From: Eledone cirrhosa
Taxonomy: Eukaryota
Length of the DNA stretch: 64,000 nucleotides
Assembly (NCBI GenBank): GCA_964016885.1
Contig: OZ024742.1
Location: 19,220,001-19,284,000, forward strand
Direction of reading: 5' to 3'
In this document: piece by piece, positions 41,728 to 54,939 of the stretch
How the letters are laid out: each line of letters starts with the position of its first letter
Position numbering within the stretch: the first letter of the stretch is position 1
Notes under the pieces: generated by a model
What the model saw: only the letters and a program-made list of their open reading frames with translations
What the model was told of the DNA's origin: nothing
The model's database searches: none
Position numbers and translations under genes: made by a program

Positions 41728-41807
41728 CTTCCAACTAATTAGTTTCTGAAATGGAATAAATATATTTTCCGAAGAAAACACAGAGAATCATTTCGTCGTC
41801 AGGGAAG
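41728..41807 (-). ncRNA. Type I hammerhead ribozyme, family F
   Basis: cttcc CTGACGA cgaaatg..catttca GAAA ctaattag TT ggaag; palindromic stem III. Confidence 0.72.
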
Positions 41808-42329
41808 ACTATTCTCATCTAAGTATCCAGGCAAAGCGTGAACTCTGGAAACTTATTCAAAAATAATTCAGTGGATAGAAAATAGCAAAGCGTGGACTGA
41901 ATTCCTAGCCATTGAGAAAATCACTGCCTCTGCGTCGGTGGCAAATTCAAAAAGAATCAATCACGTGACATCGAGGTCAATCAGTGGAAAGTGGTTTGCT
42001 AATAAGACAGCGGCCTGCAACTGTATGTATATATATGTTACTAGATATTAATTCTTTATAATTTTCTCCAAATTATTTGTCGAGCAATATTGGCCAAGAC
42101 TGTTGCTATGGTAGCAGGCAGGCCGCTGTCTTATTAGCAAACCACTTTCCACTGATTGACCTCGATGTCACGTGATTGATTCTTTTTTAAATTGGCCACC
42201 GACGCAGAGGCAGTGATTTTCTCAATGGCTAGGAATTCAGTCCACGCTTTGCTATTTTCTATCCACTGAATTATTTTTGAATAAGTTTCCAGAGTCCACG
42301 CTTTGCCTGGATACTTAGATGAGAATAGT

Positions 42330-42409
42330 CTTCCCTGACGACGAAATGATTCTCAATGTTTTCTTCGGAAAATATATTTATTCCATTTCAGAAACTAATT
42401 AGTTGAAAG
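42330..42409 (+). ncRNA. Type I hammerhead ribozyme, family F
   Basis: cttcc CTGACGA cgaaatg..catttca GAAA ctaattag TT gaaag. Confidence 0.68.
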
Positions 42410-42477
42410 TGATATTTTAGTAAGTAAGTTAATTTTATAATTTTCTTATTTTACGTCTCTCATATATATATATATGG

Positions 42478-43360
<883 letters not shown>

Positions 43361-43361
43361 A

Positions 43362-43419
43362 GACATATATATGTATATATATCTATATATATATATGTAT
43401 ATATATATATATGTATATA

Positions 43420-43488
<69 letters not shown>

Positions 43489-43501
43489 GTATATATATAT
43501 G

Positions 43502-43532
<31 letters not shown>

Positions 43533-43573
43533 GTATATATATATATGTATATATATATATGTATATATATATG

Positions 43574-43604
<31 letters not shown>

Positions 43605-43912
43605 GTATATATATATGTATATATATATATATGTATATATATATATGTATATATATATATGTATATATATGTATATATATATGTATATATATATGTATAT
43701 ATATATATATGTATATATATATGTATATATATATATATGTATATATATATGTATATATATGTATGTATATATATATGTATGTATATATATATGTATACAT
43801 ATATATATGTATATATATATATATGTATATATATATATGTATATATATATATGTATGTATATATATATGTATGTATATATATATGTATGTATATATATAT
43901 GTATATATATAT

Positions 43913-43952
<40 letters not shown>

Positions 43953-43976
43953 GTATATATATATATGTATATATAC

Positions 43977-44071
<95 letters not shown>

Positions 44072-44110
44072 CATATATATATACATATATATATACATAT
44101 ATATATATAC
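43362..44110. repeat. (TA)n/(TATG) compound microsatellite
   Basis: Direct reading; similar arrays at 14230, 22415, 38966, 41000, 44869, 45629 and 48990. Confidence 0.95.
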
Positions 44111-44868
44111 AGATAAGCAGAACAAGTAAAATTCAAGCAATTTTCCATCGGATTTATGAGGTTTTACAAAGCGAAACTGATTAGTAAGGGCCACTAGGAG
44201 AGGTAAATATTTATATTATATTTTTTAATGTATTTTAAAAAATTGATTGAATTTTACTTGTTCTGCTTATCTTAATATTAAAGTTCTGGTGTATCAAATT
44301 AATACCATTGAACAACCTTGAATCATTGACAACCTATGTATTTCTGGGGGTACCTAGTATCCCTGGACATATTAACTTCAATCTCTTTCTCCGTCTGTTG
44401 AGAACAATCCTGCTGTTCTATTTAGCTGCTATTTTTTTTAGTAGTAATTGTAGACAGCAAGTCTTTGATTTTCCCGCTTTTACTTCGGTCCAGTTTACAT
44501 ACGGGTCACTTTTACGACCTTTCAGACCTTTATTTGCTGGCAGGATGTTATATATTTTGTCGTTCCTGGGACATTTAGCCCTAGGAAGGGAAAATGCTTC
44601 TCTGATGAGCTTTGGTTTTCCATCATAAATCCATCGGATTTATGAGGTTTTACAAAGCGAAACTGATCAGTAAGGGCCACTAGGAGAGGTAAATATTTAT
44701 ATTATATTTTTTAATGTATTTTAAAAAATTGATTGAATTTTACTTGTTCTGCTTATCTTAATATTAAAGTTCTGGTGTGTCAAATTAATACCATTGAACA
44801 ACTTTGAATCATTGACAACCTATGTATTTCTGGGGGTACCTAGTATCCCTGGACATATTAACTTCAAT
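44111..44868 (+). mobile_element. Retrozyme-like family G: 486-nt period with 238-bp terminal redundancy and a short inverted 5' piece
   Basis: 44145-44382 is repeated at 44631-44868; 44111-44144 is the inverse of about 44238-44272; (TA)n on both sides. Confidence 0.85.
44596..44677 (+). ncRNA. Type I hammerhead ribozyme, family G
   Basis: ttct CTGATGA gctttg..tcataaatcc-atc-ggatttatga..caaagc GAAA ctgatcag TA aggg; canonical core with G10.1-C11.1 and palindromic stem III. Confidence 0.85.
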
Positions 44869-44944
44869 ATATATATATACATATATATATATACATATAT
44901 ATATATACATATATATACATATATATATATACATATATATATAC

Positions 44945-44989
<45 letters not shown>

Positions 44990-44990
44990 C

Positions 44991-45021
<31 letters not shown>

Positions 45022-45551
45022 CATAAATATATATATATACATATATATATATACATATATATATATATACATATATATATATACATATATATACATATAC
45101 ATGTAATAATTATATAAATTCGAGCGCCGGATTCATCAGGAAGCTCGCTCTTATCTAGACACTAAATTTTCCAAAGTGTTCGCGCCAAGAATTCATTTCA
45201 AAATGGCTAAAAAGTTTGGCTCGAGGTAATATAATTATTACATAATTATTGGAAAACTCAAAATACGGACGAAACCATGGTAGAGGTATTTAAATGTATT
45301 CTATTTTCTCCTAGTTTATTTTACACCTAATTCTGTTTAGTTGACTATATCTGGGCGATTACGCTGTCGAAATATTCGATAAATATTCCGCTACGGCCGA
45401 CGCGAAGCGCTAGTTTCGGTTATTTGTCGGAGATTTCTTCATAGAAGCCTCATTCTTATAGCCTGGTCTATTCGATTTTTTATATAGTTAATTATGCTAA
45501 TTGGGAGAGGAAATAGTATATATTTTATCTTGTGATTCTATAGACATGTTT

Positions 45552-45603
<52 letters not shown>

Positions 45604-45925
45604 GAATCTTGCTTACCCGCTTAAAGTGTATATATATATGAATATATATGTTTATATATGTATATGTGTATTATATATATGTATATATATGTATATATAT
45701 ATGTATATATATGTATATATATATGTATATATATATGTATATATATATATATATGTATATATATATGTATATATATGTATATATATGTATATATATATGT
45801 ATATATATGTATATATATGTATATATATATATATATATGTGTGTATATATATATGTATATATATATGTATATATATATATGTATATATATGTATATATAT
45901 ATGTATATATATGTATATATATATG

Positions 45926-45972
<47 letters not shown>

Positions 45973-46604
45973 GTGTGTGTGTGTGTATATAGAATCTTGC
46001 TTACCCGCTTAAAGTGCTTGCATTGCGTGTAACACCCTGCCACACAATAATAGTATAAAAATGAGACACACTTGCATGCTCCACGTGTAACTAACGCATA
46101 CACTACCTACTAGACCTGACTATCAAACTATCTTGCATTATCTGTGTTATCTGCCGAATGTATTTTTATTTTTATTTTTATTTTTATTTTTATTTTTATT
46201 TTTATTTTTATTTTGATTTTGATTTTGAATTTGAATTGCTGTACAAAAATAGTATAGTATAATATATGCCACTCCACTGTACATTAATATATATATATAT
46301 ATGTATCGGTATGTCTCTTGCGTTGGAAAGGAGGTCAATTATGTGTACAAACATTGAAAAATGCTCCGAAGAATCCAAGCCTAGGTTTGGATGAAACAAT
46401 TGTAAGTGAATAAATGCTTTGAACATAGCTTTGATTCTTGTGAATTCTATATAACTGCTCTGTAGAACAACTGATGTTATTACATTGAGCTATTTATCTT
46501 ACAGGTAATAAGGTAGTAATAAATTACTGACCTTCACTGTTTAGGGTTTAAAATATACATAACTACAAAAAGTTTTAATATATACATAACCATAAATAGT
46601 ATCC

Positions 46605-46673
<69 letters not shown>

Positions 46674-46676
46674 GGT

Positions 46677-46807
<131 letters not shown>

Positions 46808-47893
46808 CTTACTAACACTCCTTTGTCAATACATTGTGACAATAGACATGTATCAGCAGAGGCTATATGAGTTCTTTGCTTGCCTGCTTCTACAGATCCC
46901 AAAAATCCCAAAATTGCAAGGATTATCTCAGATGAGGGGAGATTGTTTTCTACTCATCGTTTCGAATCAAACCGGTCACTTCCAATATATAAGGTGAACA
47001 GGTTAATTAAATCAGATTATGAAACAATTTTCCTCTTATTTATGGCAATTATGTTCTTTCCAATTATAATTGGAAATAAAAGCATTAATGGAAAATGTCT
47101 TTTCGTAGTTGTTCTAACGCGTCTCCCTTGCTATCCTCCGGAGCAATGAATTTCTTCACCACCCTGTCCTCCTGGACTTTGAGGTGGACCAACCCCTATA
47201 ATCTGCACTGATCTTGGTTTTTCATTGAATATTGATCGTAACATTAAATAAAAATGCTCAAAAAGATGATCAACAGAATGTTTTCCACGTTCTGTTAAAT
47301 CTTTTTTATTCAATTCTTGAGTCATCCCCTCCATCAAAGGCGAAGTATGCACGATTGTATTGTACTAGTCTTCCCGATTTCTCATCGGCAGCAGCAAGAT
47401 CCCATCCAGTGAGACCTGTGGCCCTTGCCTACGGTGTCCTGAAGGTTATGTTTGGACGTACTACTCGTCGCTTTGCATCTGGTAACCATAGGATCAGTTT
47501 TATCATTTCTCTGCATGTTCATCAAGGGGTAAAGCATGACCAACGAGAGCCAAACGACTGGATCGAACCTTCGATAAAACTTGTGGAAAATCACCATAAA
47601 GAACTTTGTTGTTGTAAAATATAATTCATGTAAAGGTTATTTTGAAATGTGATTAAATCTAGTCAGTGTTCTTAGATATGAAAATTGAGGTTTCAACATG
47701 CTTTGATTTTGATAGATCGGTTAAGATTCAAAGGTTAAGTTTAAAGAGCAATGTTTTCACGGTCGAATAAAAGCACACACAAATACACACATCCTGTCTA
47801 TTTGCATTAAATGTTTCTCGGTGTTGTTAGCGTTTGTTTACTTAAATACAAGGATAGGTGACATACCATTATATATATGAGTGTATGTGTATC

Positions 47894-47977
<84 letters not shown>

Positions 47978-47980
<3 letters not shown>

Positions 47981-48743
47981 TAGTCTTAGTTCCTCCAGTC
48001 CCTTGTGGAACATTGGGCGACGAGCTTCCTCCACTTGATCTTGTCACTGGCGGCCCTTCTAGCACCTCTCCAGGTAATTCCCATCTCCCGCAGGTCCTCC
48101 CTGAATGTGTTCCGCTATGTTTTTCGTGGTCTTCCCCGTTCTCTCCTGCCACCTTCTGTTCCCCGATCCATGACAATATGAGCAGGTCGATCTGCCGGCA
48201 AACGAAGGATGTGGCCCGCGAACCGCCGTCTCCTTTTCCGGACAATGTCCCTTAACCTATTCAATCCTGACCTCCTCATCCCTTCCTCGTTGCTAACTTG
48301 GTCTCTCCATGAAATGTTCAATATGGTCCGAATGCAACGATGGTGGAATACATCAAGCTTGTTACATACACTTTCCGTACTCTTCCATGTCTCACAGGCA
48401 TATATCGCTCTTGGTACTACAATGGACATGTAAACACGGAATTTGACGGCGTTGCCGATGGAACACCTGGACCATACCGGACGGAGTCCCTGGAGACCGC
48501 CGCTGCTTTTCCCAGCCTTGTGCGCACATCCACCTCAGCATCCCCATCGTCAGAGATGTTGCTGCCAAGGTATTGGAAGTGGTTTACACATTCAATGTTA
48601 CGCTGACCAACCATGATGGGAGGATTTGGAGGGTCACCTGTCGACATGGTCTTGGTTTTTTCACAACTGATGCGCAGGCCAACTTTCTCTGCATTATCAT
48701 TTAGAACATTTGTCATCTCTTGCAGGTTTGCTCGGGAATGGCC

Positions 48744-48750
<7 letters not shown>
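47978..48750 (-). pseudogene. RTE-clade LINE 3' part, frameshifted, in (TA)n
   Basis: [59 protein letters not shown]. Confidence 0.9.
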
Positions 48751-48811
<61 letters not shown>

Positions 48812-48984
48812 TGCATGTATACATGTATATATATATATATATGCGTGTATTCACATTTGTGTACATGTATAGATATATACATATATATGTATATAATGCA
48901 AGTATATGCACGTAATTGGTACTAAAGTAGACAGTACCATGTATGTAATGTATGTATGTATGTATGTATATGTGTGTGTATATA

Positions 48985-49122
<138 letters not shown>

Positions 49123-49967
49123 TATAATCAGACATCTAACCAAATTTTAAATGTTGTTACATATTTGAAAATTCGTTTGTAAAGAAACAATGGAAAACGG
49201 TAATATTTCTAGATTTTTTATCTTTTTTAAATTTATTTATTTTATTAGTTTCAATCATTTGAATGCGAAATTTAGTCGATCATATCGATCCGGTGCCCGA
49301 GTCTAGTTCTTGCTTTCTTAGTATTCCCATTGCATTTTTAAGTTACCTTAAATAGCAACTACACAGCCATTTCTATTCTCCATATATTTCATCATGTTTT
49401 CGCTGTGACCATTCTTCTCTCCCCTTCTACCTACCTATTTGGCTACCTTCTACTCTCACCCCTCTTTGTTCTCCTCCCTTTCTCCCTATCTACTCTTACC
49501 CCACTTTCTTTCTCTTCCTCTCACTTTCACCCCCTCGCCTGACCGTTTAGCAGTTCTCTTCTCACTTACAACTGCGGCGTTCGGACGTGTGTCTCTTTCC
49601 TCTCGACCACTCAGTCTTGAACTTAAGTTCTCTTATCGAGTGGTCTTGTATTTCCTACCTATAGTTGCTTTCACATTGCTCGGTGTTGATTTTTTTTCGC
49701 TGTTTTGTTAGTTTTCTCTTTTCCTCTCCTTTGCTTTCCTTCCCTCCATCTTCCGTTTTCCCAATAACTTACCCAGTTATTGAACGCCCTGGGCGGTAGA
49801 TATCTTGTCTTTAAAGCGTAGAAATATCCGAGACCCCCAGTAGACAACTGATGAGGAACCCCCCCCCCCCCTCCCCCGGCGTTCTTGCTTTCTTCGTATT
49901 CCAACTGCATTTTAAGTTACCTTAAATACCAACTACACGGCCATTTCTATTCTCCATATATTTCATC

Positions 49968-50045
<78 letters not shown>

Positions 50046-50048
<3 letters not shown>

Positions 50049-50296
50049 AGTGAGGTTTTTTTTACAAAATGAAAAATAACCGAGGTGTCCTACACGAGTG
50101 AAAGTATAAAGAAAAGAAGATGAAATCGAAAATGCGACTGGAGTCTTATTTTTGAGATGTGAGAAAAACCACAGACCCTCCATCTCAACTCTACTTTTGA
50201 AAAGCAGAACAACTGCGAAACCGGTAAAGGAACCAAATAAATATATATATTTTTTTTAAAATAAGACTCCAGTTGCATTTTCGATTTCATCTTTTT

Positions 50297-50300
<4 letters not shown>
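50046..50300. mobile_element. Family E copy with an inverted junction
   Basis: Left part minus, right part plus, junction at about 50153. Confidence 0.75.
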
Positions 50301-50345
<45 letters not shown>

Positions 50346-51080
50346 CATAAACGGAGAAAGCTATTAGCGATACTCCGATCAATTTCCAACTCACTCAACA
50401 AACATTAGGAAATACCGGAGTATATTCCCAATTAATCGTTTGGGGTGCTAACTATATTGTATTGTGTGGATAATTGGCTGTATTATTTTATATGAGATAT
50501 ATTAAAGATCTCATTTCCCAAATGAATCGTTTCATTATAAGATTTCTACATGGTGGGTGAAATTATACCAAGTTATGTAGAAGCTTGTGTAAGATCAATG
50601 GATTCTTATTCAAGTGGGCCCTTATAAATCTTCAGTGGGTGCCCAATAATATTAATATTAATAACTAAATCAATATCAATATTTAGCGATAATCACCATC
50701 AGTGCTAGAAGGAACTGTTAGGTTGTAAGTCCAGCAGTTCTAAAGAAAATCTCACAATGTCCCGAAAATGGGAGGAGGAGGTTACCGCCAAAAACAATAC
50801 ACGCGCAGGTCATTGAACTCTGACAAGAATTTAAGCCTCGTGCGAAGAACTCAATTGGATATGAAAAACTAAATATATTGTGCACTGTTTAAGGACACAG
50901 AGAGATATTTTCTCAGGCAAAATAACAGATATGAGATACAGGAACAAATAATCAATATTCATATAAAAAAAATAAACAAAGAGAGTCATACCTTATATCG
51001 GGAAAGTTCATGTATGGTGCTCCAAGAGTATAATACATAAATACATAAACGGAGAAAGCTATATATATATGCAAAAGGGA

Positions 51081-51481
51081 TATTCAATTTATTGGTAATT
51101 GGATTATAACTGATTCAGAGCACTCCACAAATTTTTATGGAGTATAATATTCAATGATATTAAATAAATGGAAACTATATTTATAAAACTATATTTATTC
51201 TATTATATATATTTCAAGGGTACCAAAACTTTGGTACGCTTTCATCAAATACAAAGTTTGTTTTATAAATTTTGACATAACCAAGGAAATATACCTTAAC
51301 GGTTCAACTATCCAAGGAAAACTTGAACCGTTAAGGTATCTTTCCTTGGTTATGTCAAAATTTATAAAACAAACTTTGTATTTTATCTGATGAAAGCGTA
51401 CCAAAATTTTGGTACCCTTGAAATATATATAATAGAATAAATATGGTTTTATAAATATAGTTTCCATTTATTTAATATCAT

Positions 51482-51483
<2 letters not shown>
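51081..51483. mobile_element. Family C fold-back element
   Basis: Inverted arms about 51153-51307 and 51323-51483. Confidence 0.8.
51379..51439 (+). ncRNA. Type I hammerhead ribozyme, family C
   Basis: tattttat CTGATGA aagcgtaccaaa-at-tttggtaccctt GAAA tatata TA atagaata; the inverted copy has lost C3. Confidence 0.8.
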
Positions 51484-51546
<63 letters not shown>

Positions 51547-51614
51547 CATAAATTGATGTATGACATACCTCAACTGTGCTGATGGTTCAATTCCATCAAT
51601 TACATCAATATATA

Positions 51615-51675
51615 TATTTTATCTGATGCGGACGTACTGAAAAAACAACACAGTACCTCCGAAATATATATATAT
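51615..51675 (+). ncRNA. Variant or decayed hammerhead (CTGATGC)
   Basis: CTGATGC ggacgtactg..cagtacctcc GAAA tatata TA. Confidence 0.5.
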
Positions 51676-51878
51676 ATATATATATTTGTGTATACGTTTA
51701 TGGAGAGATATTGTGAGAATGTATACGTTTACGTACTATTTCGTATAAGCGTGTGTTTGAGTGTGTGTATGTTTGGGATATTTATTTATATATTTTCTTT
51801 TCCCCTCAGTTTTTTGCCCGTTATTTGATTTCAGCCCCACTTTTGTTTTCAAATCCATATTCAATAAACATTCTATTA

Positions 51879-51940
51879 TTCATTCTGACGACTGAAGACA
51901 GATATAAATATCTGTCTTCAAGAAACCACTGGTAAATGAA
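51879..51940 (+). ncRNA. Type I hammerhead ribozyme, family D
   Basis: ttcatt CTGACGA ctgaagacagatat..tatctgtcttcaa GAAA ccactgg TA aatgaa. Confidence 0.78.
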
Positions 51941-52065
51941 ATAATTATCTTATGTTGTTTATTATATAACTAAAAAGCTCTGTAGCCTACATATAGCACT
52001 CTCTTTTCCTTTACCTTTCCTGCGGAAATACTTCATATATATATATATATTTATGATACTTCAAA

Positions 52066-52254
52066 TAATTGTTTTCACTTTTGGCACAAGGCCAGCAATT
52101 ATTCCAGTGTATTACTGGTACTTTATTTTATCGACCCCGTATGGATGAAAGGCAAAGTTTAGCTCGCGGGATTTTAACTCATACCATAAACGGCCGTAAC
52201 TCTTTGCTGCAAAGCATGGCGTCAGACCCTCTACGATATTGCCAATCCACCGCA
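52066..52254 (-). mobile_element. Full-length SINE
   Basis: TSD-like tgatacttca.ataat on both sides. Confidence 0.85.
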
Positions 52255-52814
52255 TTGATACTTCATATAATGAACTTACAAACGAAAGTAAAGTAAAAGA
52301 AATATTTTTTTAATAAAAAAAAGATTGGGAGAAGAAAAGGGAAAGAAAGAAGGAGAGAAAGTATAAAGGATATGAAGAAGATGATAATTATCTGTGTTAT
52401 GAGGCGGTAATGGCGAGTGGCAAGAGATTTCGGATATGTTTTTGTTATGGCGTCTTCAATGCTAGGTGGTTGTTTGAAACTAATGAAGCGCAACGTTTTA
52501 TGTCAGTTTCAGACATTGGATCTTCATTATCTTAAAGAAAATCTGTTAGAAACTAGTTTACATTATTCAAGATAGATCGTATTTTTTTCTAAACTGCGTA
52601 TTATCGTTTTTCACATATTTAGAGAAAACGCCCAAGCTATTGTACGGCACATAATACCTGACCTGACTAATATTGAACCGGAAGTCGGTTGTAAAGGACC
52701 AGTAGTTAACTCCTTTGTAATTTTTATTTTCATGTAAGTTGTTTTTTGTATTTCTTTGTGTTCACTACATTACAATGTTTATACGTAATGTGTATTGTAC
52801 TTCTAGTGACATGT

Positions 52815-52878
<64 letters not shown>

Positions 52879-53496
52879 TGTCCGATGCTCTACCGATTCT
52901 GCTAATCGACCAGCTTGATTCCTAGCAAATAATGGAGATCATCGCAGCGTTCTTACCTTATTTCGGCTTAGATGAAGAGATTATATATATATTACTGCCG
53001 CTTGTCCTTTGGTATCAGTGTAATTGGTGCTTTTAACATGACAGGGATAAGCACGTGTAATATGATTATGATTTACTTTGAACTGTTATAGTTGAATGAC
53101 TCTAGGAAAACATAAGTGAAGAAGTAAAATAAAGAGATAAAGTAACACAGGGTGGGGGAATTGATTACAATGTCTTATGTAAGTATTGATATATTGAACT
53201 GAAAGTAGAAAGGAAATAACAGACGAAGTGAGGCAGACGACTAGTTTTATGTGGAGATGATATACGTACAATCTACAAGCGGACATTGCTGGACTGTTCT
53301 CTGCGGCAATACTGTCGTCATTTTCTCGACGAGATGCAGCTAAGATATACCGCCTAGGCTGGGCTTTAGAATCTGCCACTCCACTCCCTTCCCTTACTTT
53401 CATTTTTGTTTAAATATTTTAAAAAAATATTTTTATTATTTATTGCAAACAAAATTTACTCAACACCATCCTCCACGTGGGCTCCCGTTTTCTTAT

Positions 53497-53683
53497 AATA
53501 GTGTTTCTACTTTTGGCACAAGGCCAGCGATAACCTCAGTGTATCACTGGTACTTTATTTTATCGACCTCGTAAGGATGAAAAGCAAAGTTAACCTCGGC
53601 GGATTTGAATTCAGAACGCAAAGGGCCATAACTCTGCTGGAAAGCATGGTGTCTGACGCTCTACCGATACTGCCAAACCACGG
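53497..53683 (-). mobile_element. Full-length SINE inserted in a CRE-type 3' tail
   Basis: TSD gttttcttataatagtg at 53487-53503 and 53683-53699. Confidence 0.85.
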
Positions 53684-54039
53684 TTTTCTTATAATAGTGA
53701 GAGTTGGAGAGAGCGAGAGAGACGGAGGCAGTGAGTGAAAGAGAGAGATGGAGAGACGGAGGCAGTGAGTGAAAGAGGGAGAACATCAAATTTACAGAAT
53801 ATGAGAACACACTTTAATATTTACTTATTAGGCTGTTTTGTTCAAAGGTTTTCATACAATCCCATGTTATGTTTACTGGACAAGAGGAAGAAACTTTCGA
53901 GTAGTGCAAAAGCTAGAAATTATTCATCACTGTCTGTGGTGTGTTGGGAATCACAATGAAGGAATAAATACTATAACCCCCCCCCCCTCCCTACTTATAG
54001 CCTGTATAAATGATTTTTACATGAGACACAAGACCAGGC

Positions 54040-54511
54040 TATTAGTGTTTGTAGAAGGGAGAATCAAGTAAATCAAACAAGTATTTTACTGGTACTTTAT
54101 TTGATCAACACCAGAAGGGAAAGCAAAGCTAACCCTGGCGGCATTTGAACTCGGAACATATTGGTCCGTACCTAAATGCTATAAAGCATGTTGTATGATG
54201 CTATTACTTTATCTTGATAAATGTTCAACGATAGAGAGTTGAAAATCCATACATGACTTCCCCTCCTGGAGAAATAAAATAGGTAGAAATAGTTTCTGAT
54301 TTAGGCAGAAGTCCAACAATTCTGAGGGAGGGCAGTAGGTCGAGTAAATCGACCCCAATGCATTACTGGTGCCTTAATTTTCGACACAATAAGGATGAAA
54401 AGCAATGCTACCCCAGGGGGGGGGGGTTGATCTCAGAACGCAAAGGGACGTAACTAGATGCTTTAACGCATGTTATCCAAAGCTCTACCGATATCACCAA
54501 CTCACCGCCCT
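54040..54511 (-). mobile_element. Two older SINE copies
   Basis: Degenerate SINE motifs. Confidence 0.7.
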
Positions 54512-54897
54512 TAAAATAGTTAAAGAACCAAAGCTATTTCCCATGGTTAACAGATAAGTTCCAAGTTATCCCCCACCCACCATATACGTAATAACGATGA
54601 GTAAACCTACTGGCTCTGATGACTCACAAAAAAATGTGGCTTTTTTTTCTTTCTTTCTTAGATAAGTGTAAGGAAGAGAAAGGAAAGAAGGAAGCCTTCT
54701 ATGTGCCAGAATGTGGTATATATAGAATATATTGGTACAGACATAATCAATGTTAAACTTGTAAATAGAAAGTTCTTGACATCATCAATATGACGGAAAA
54801 TGAAGCTGATCAAGAAGTTAATAGCAATGGTGATGTCAATGATGATGATGATAATGACGACGATGGAAAGGAGGAGGAGGAGGAAGAAGAGAAATGG

Positions 54898-54939
<42 letters not shown>

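Larger units (their letters stand above)
41553..42465. mobile_element. Retrozyme-like family F: two inverted, circularly permuted partial monomers (about 520 nt)
   Basis: 41673-42017 is the inverse of 42118-42465, and 41553-41593 is the inverse of 42021-42060. Confidence 0.82.

Noticed and set aside
45113-45150. Minus-strand CTGATGA next to (TA)n
   Set aside because: It is followed by GAAT rather than GAAA, with no convincing stems.
49845-49970. AGACAACTGATGA motif (also 33838-33852 minus)
   Set aside because: It is a repeated family, but no downstream GAAA..UH strand was found, so it is not called a ribozyme.
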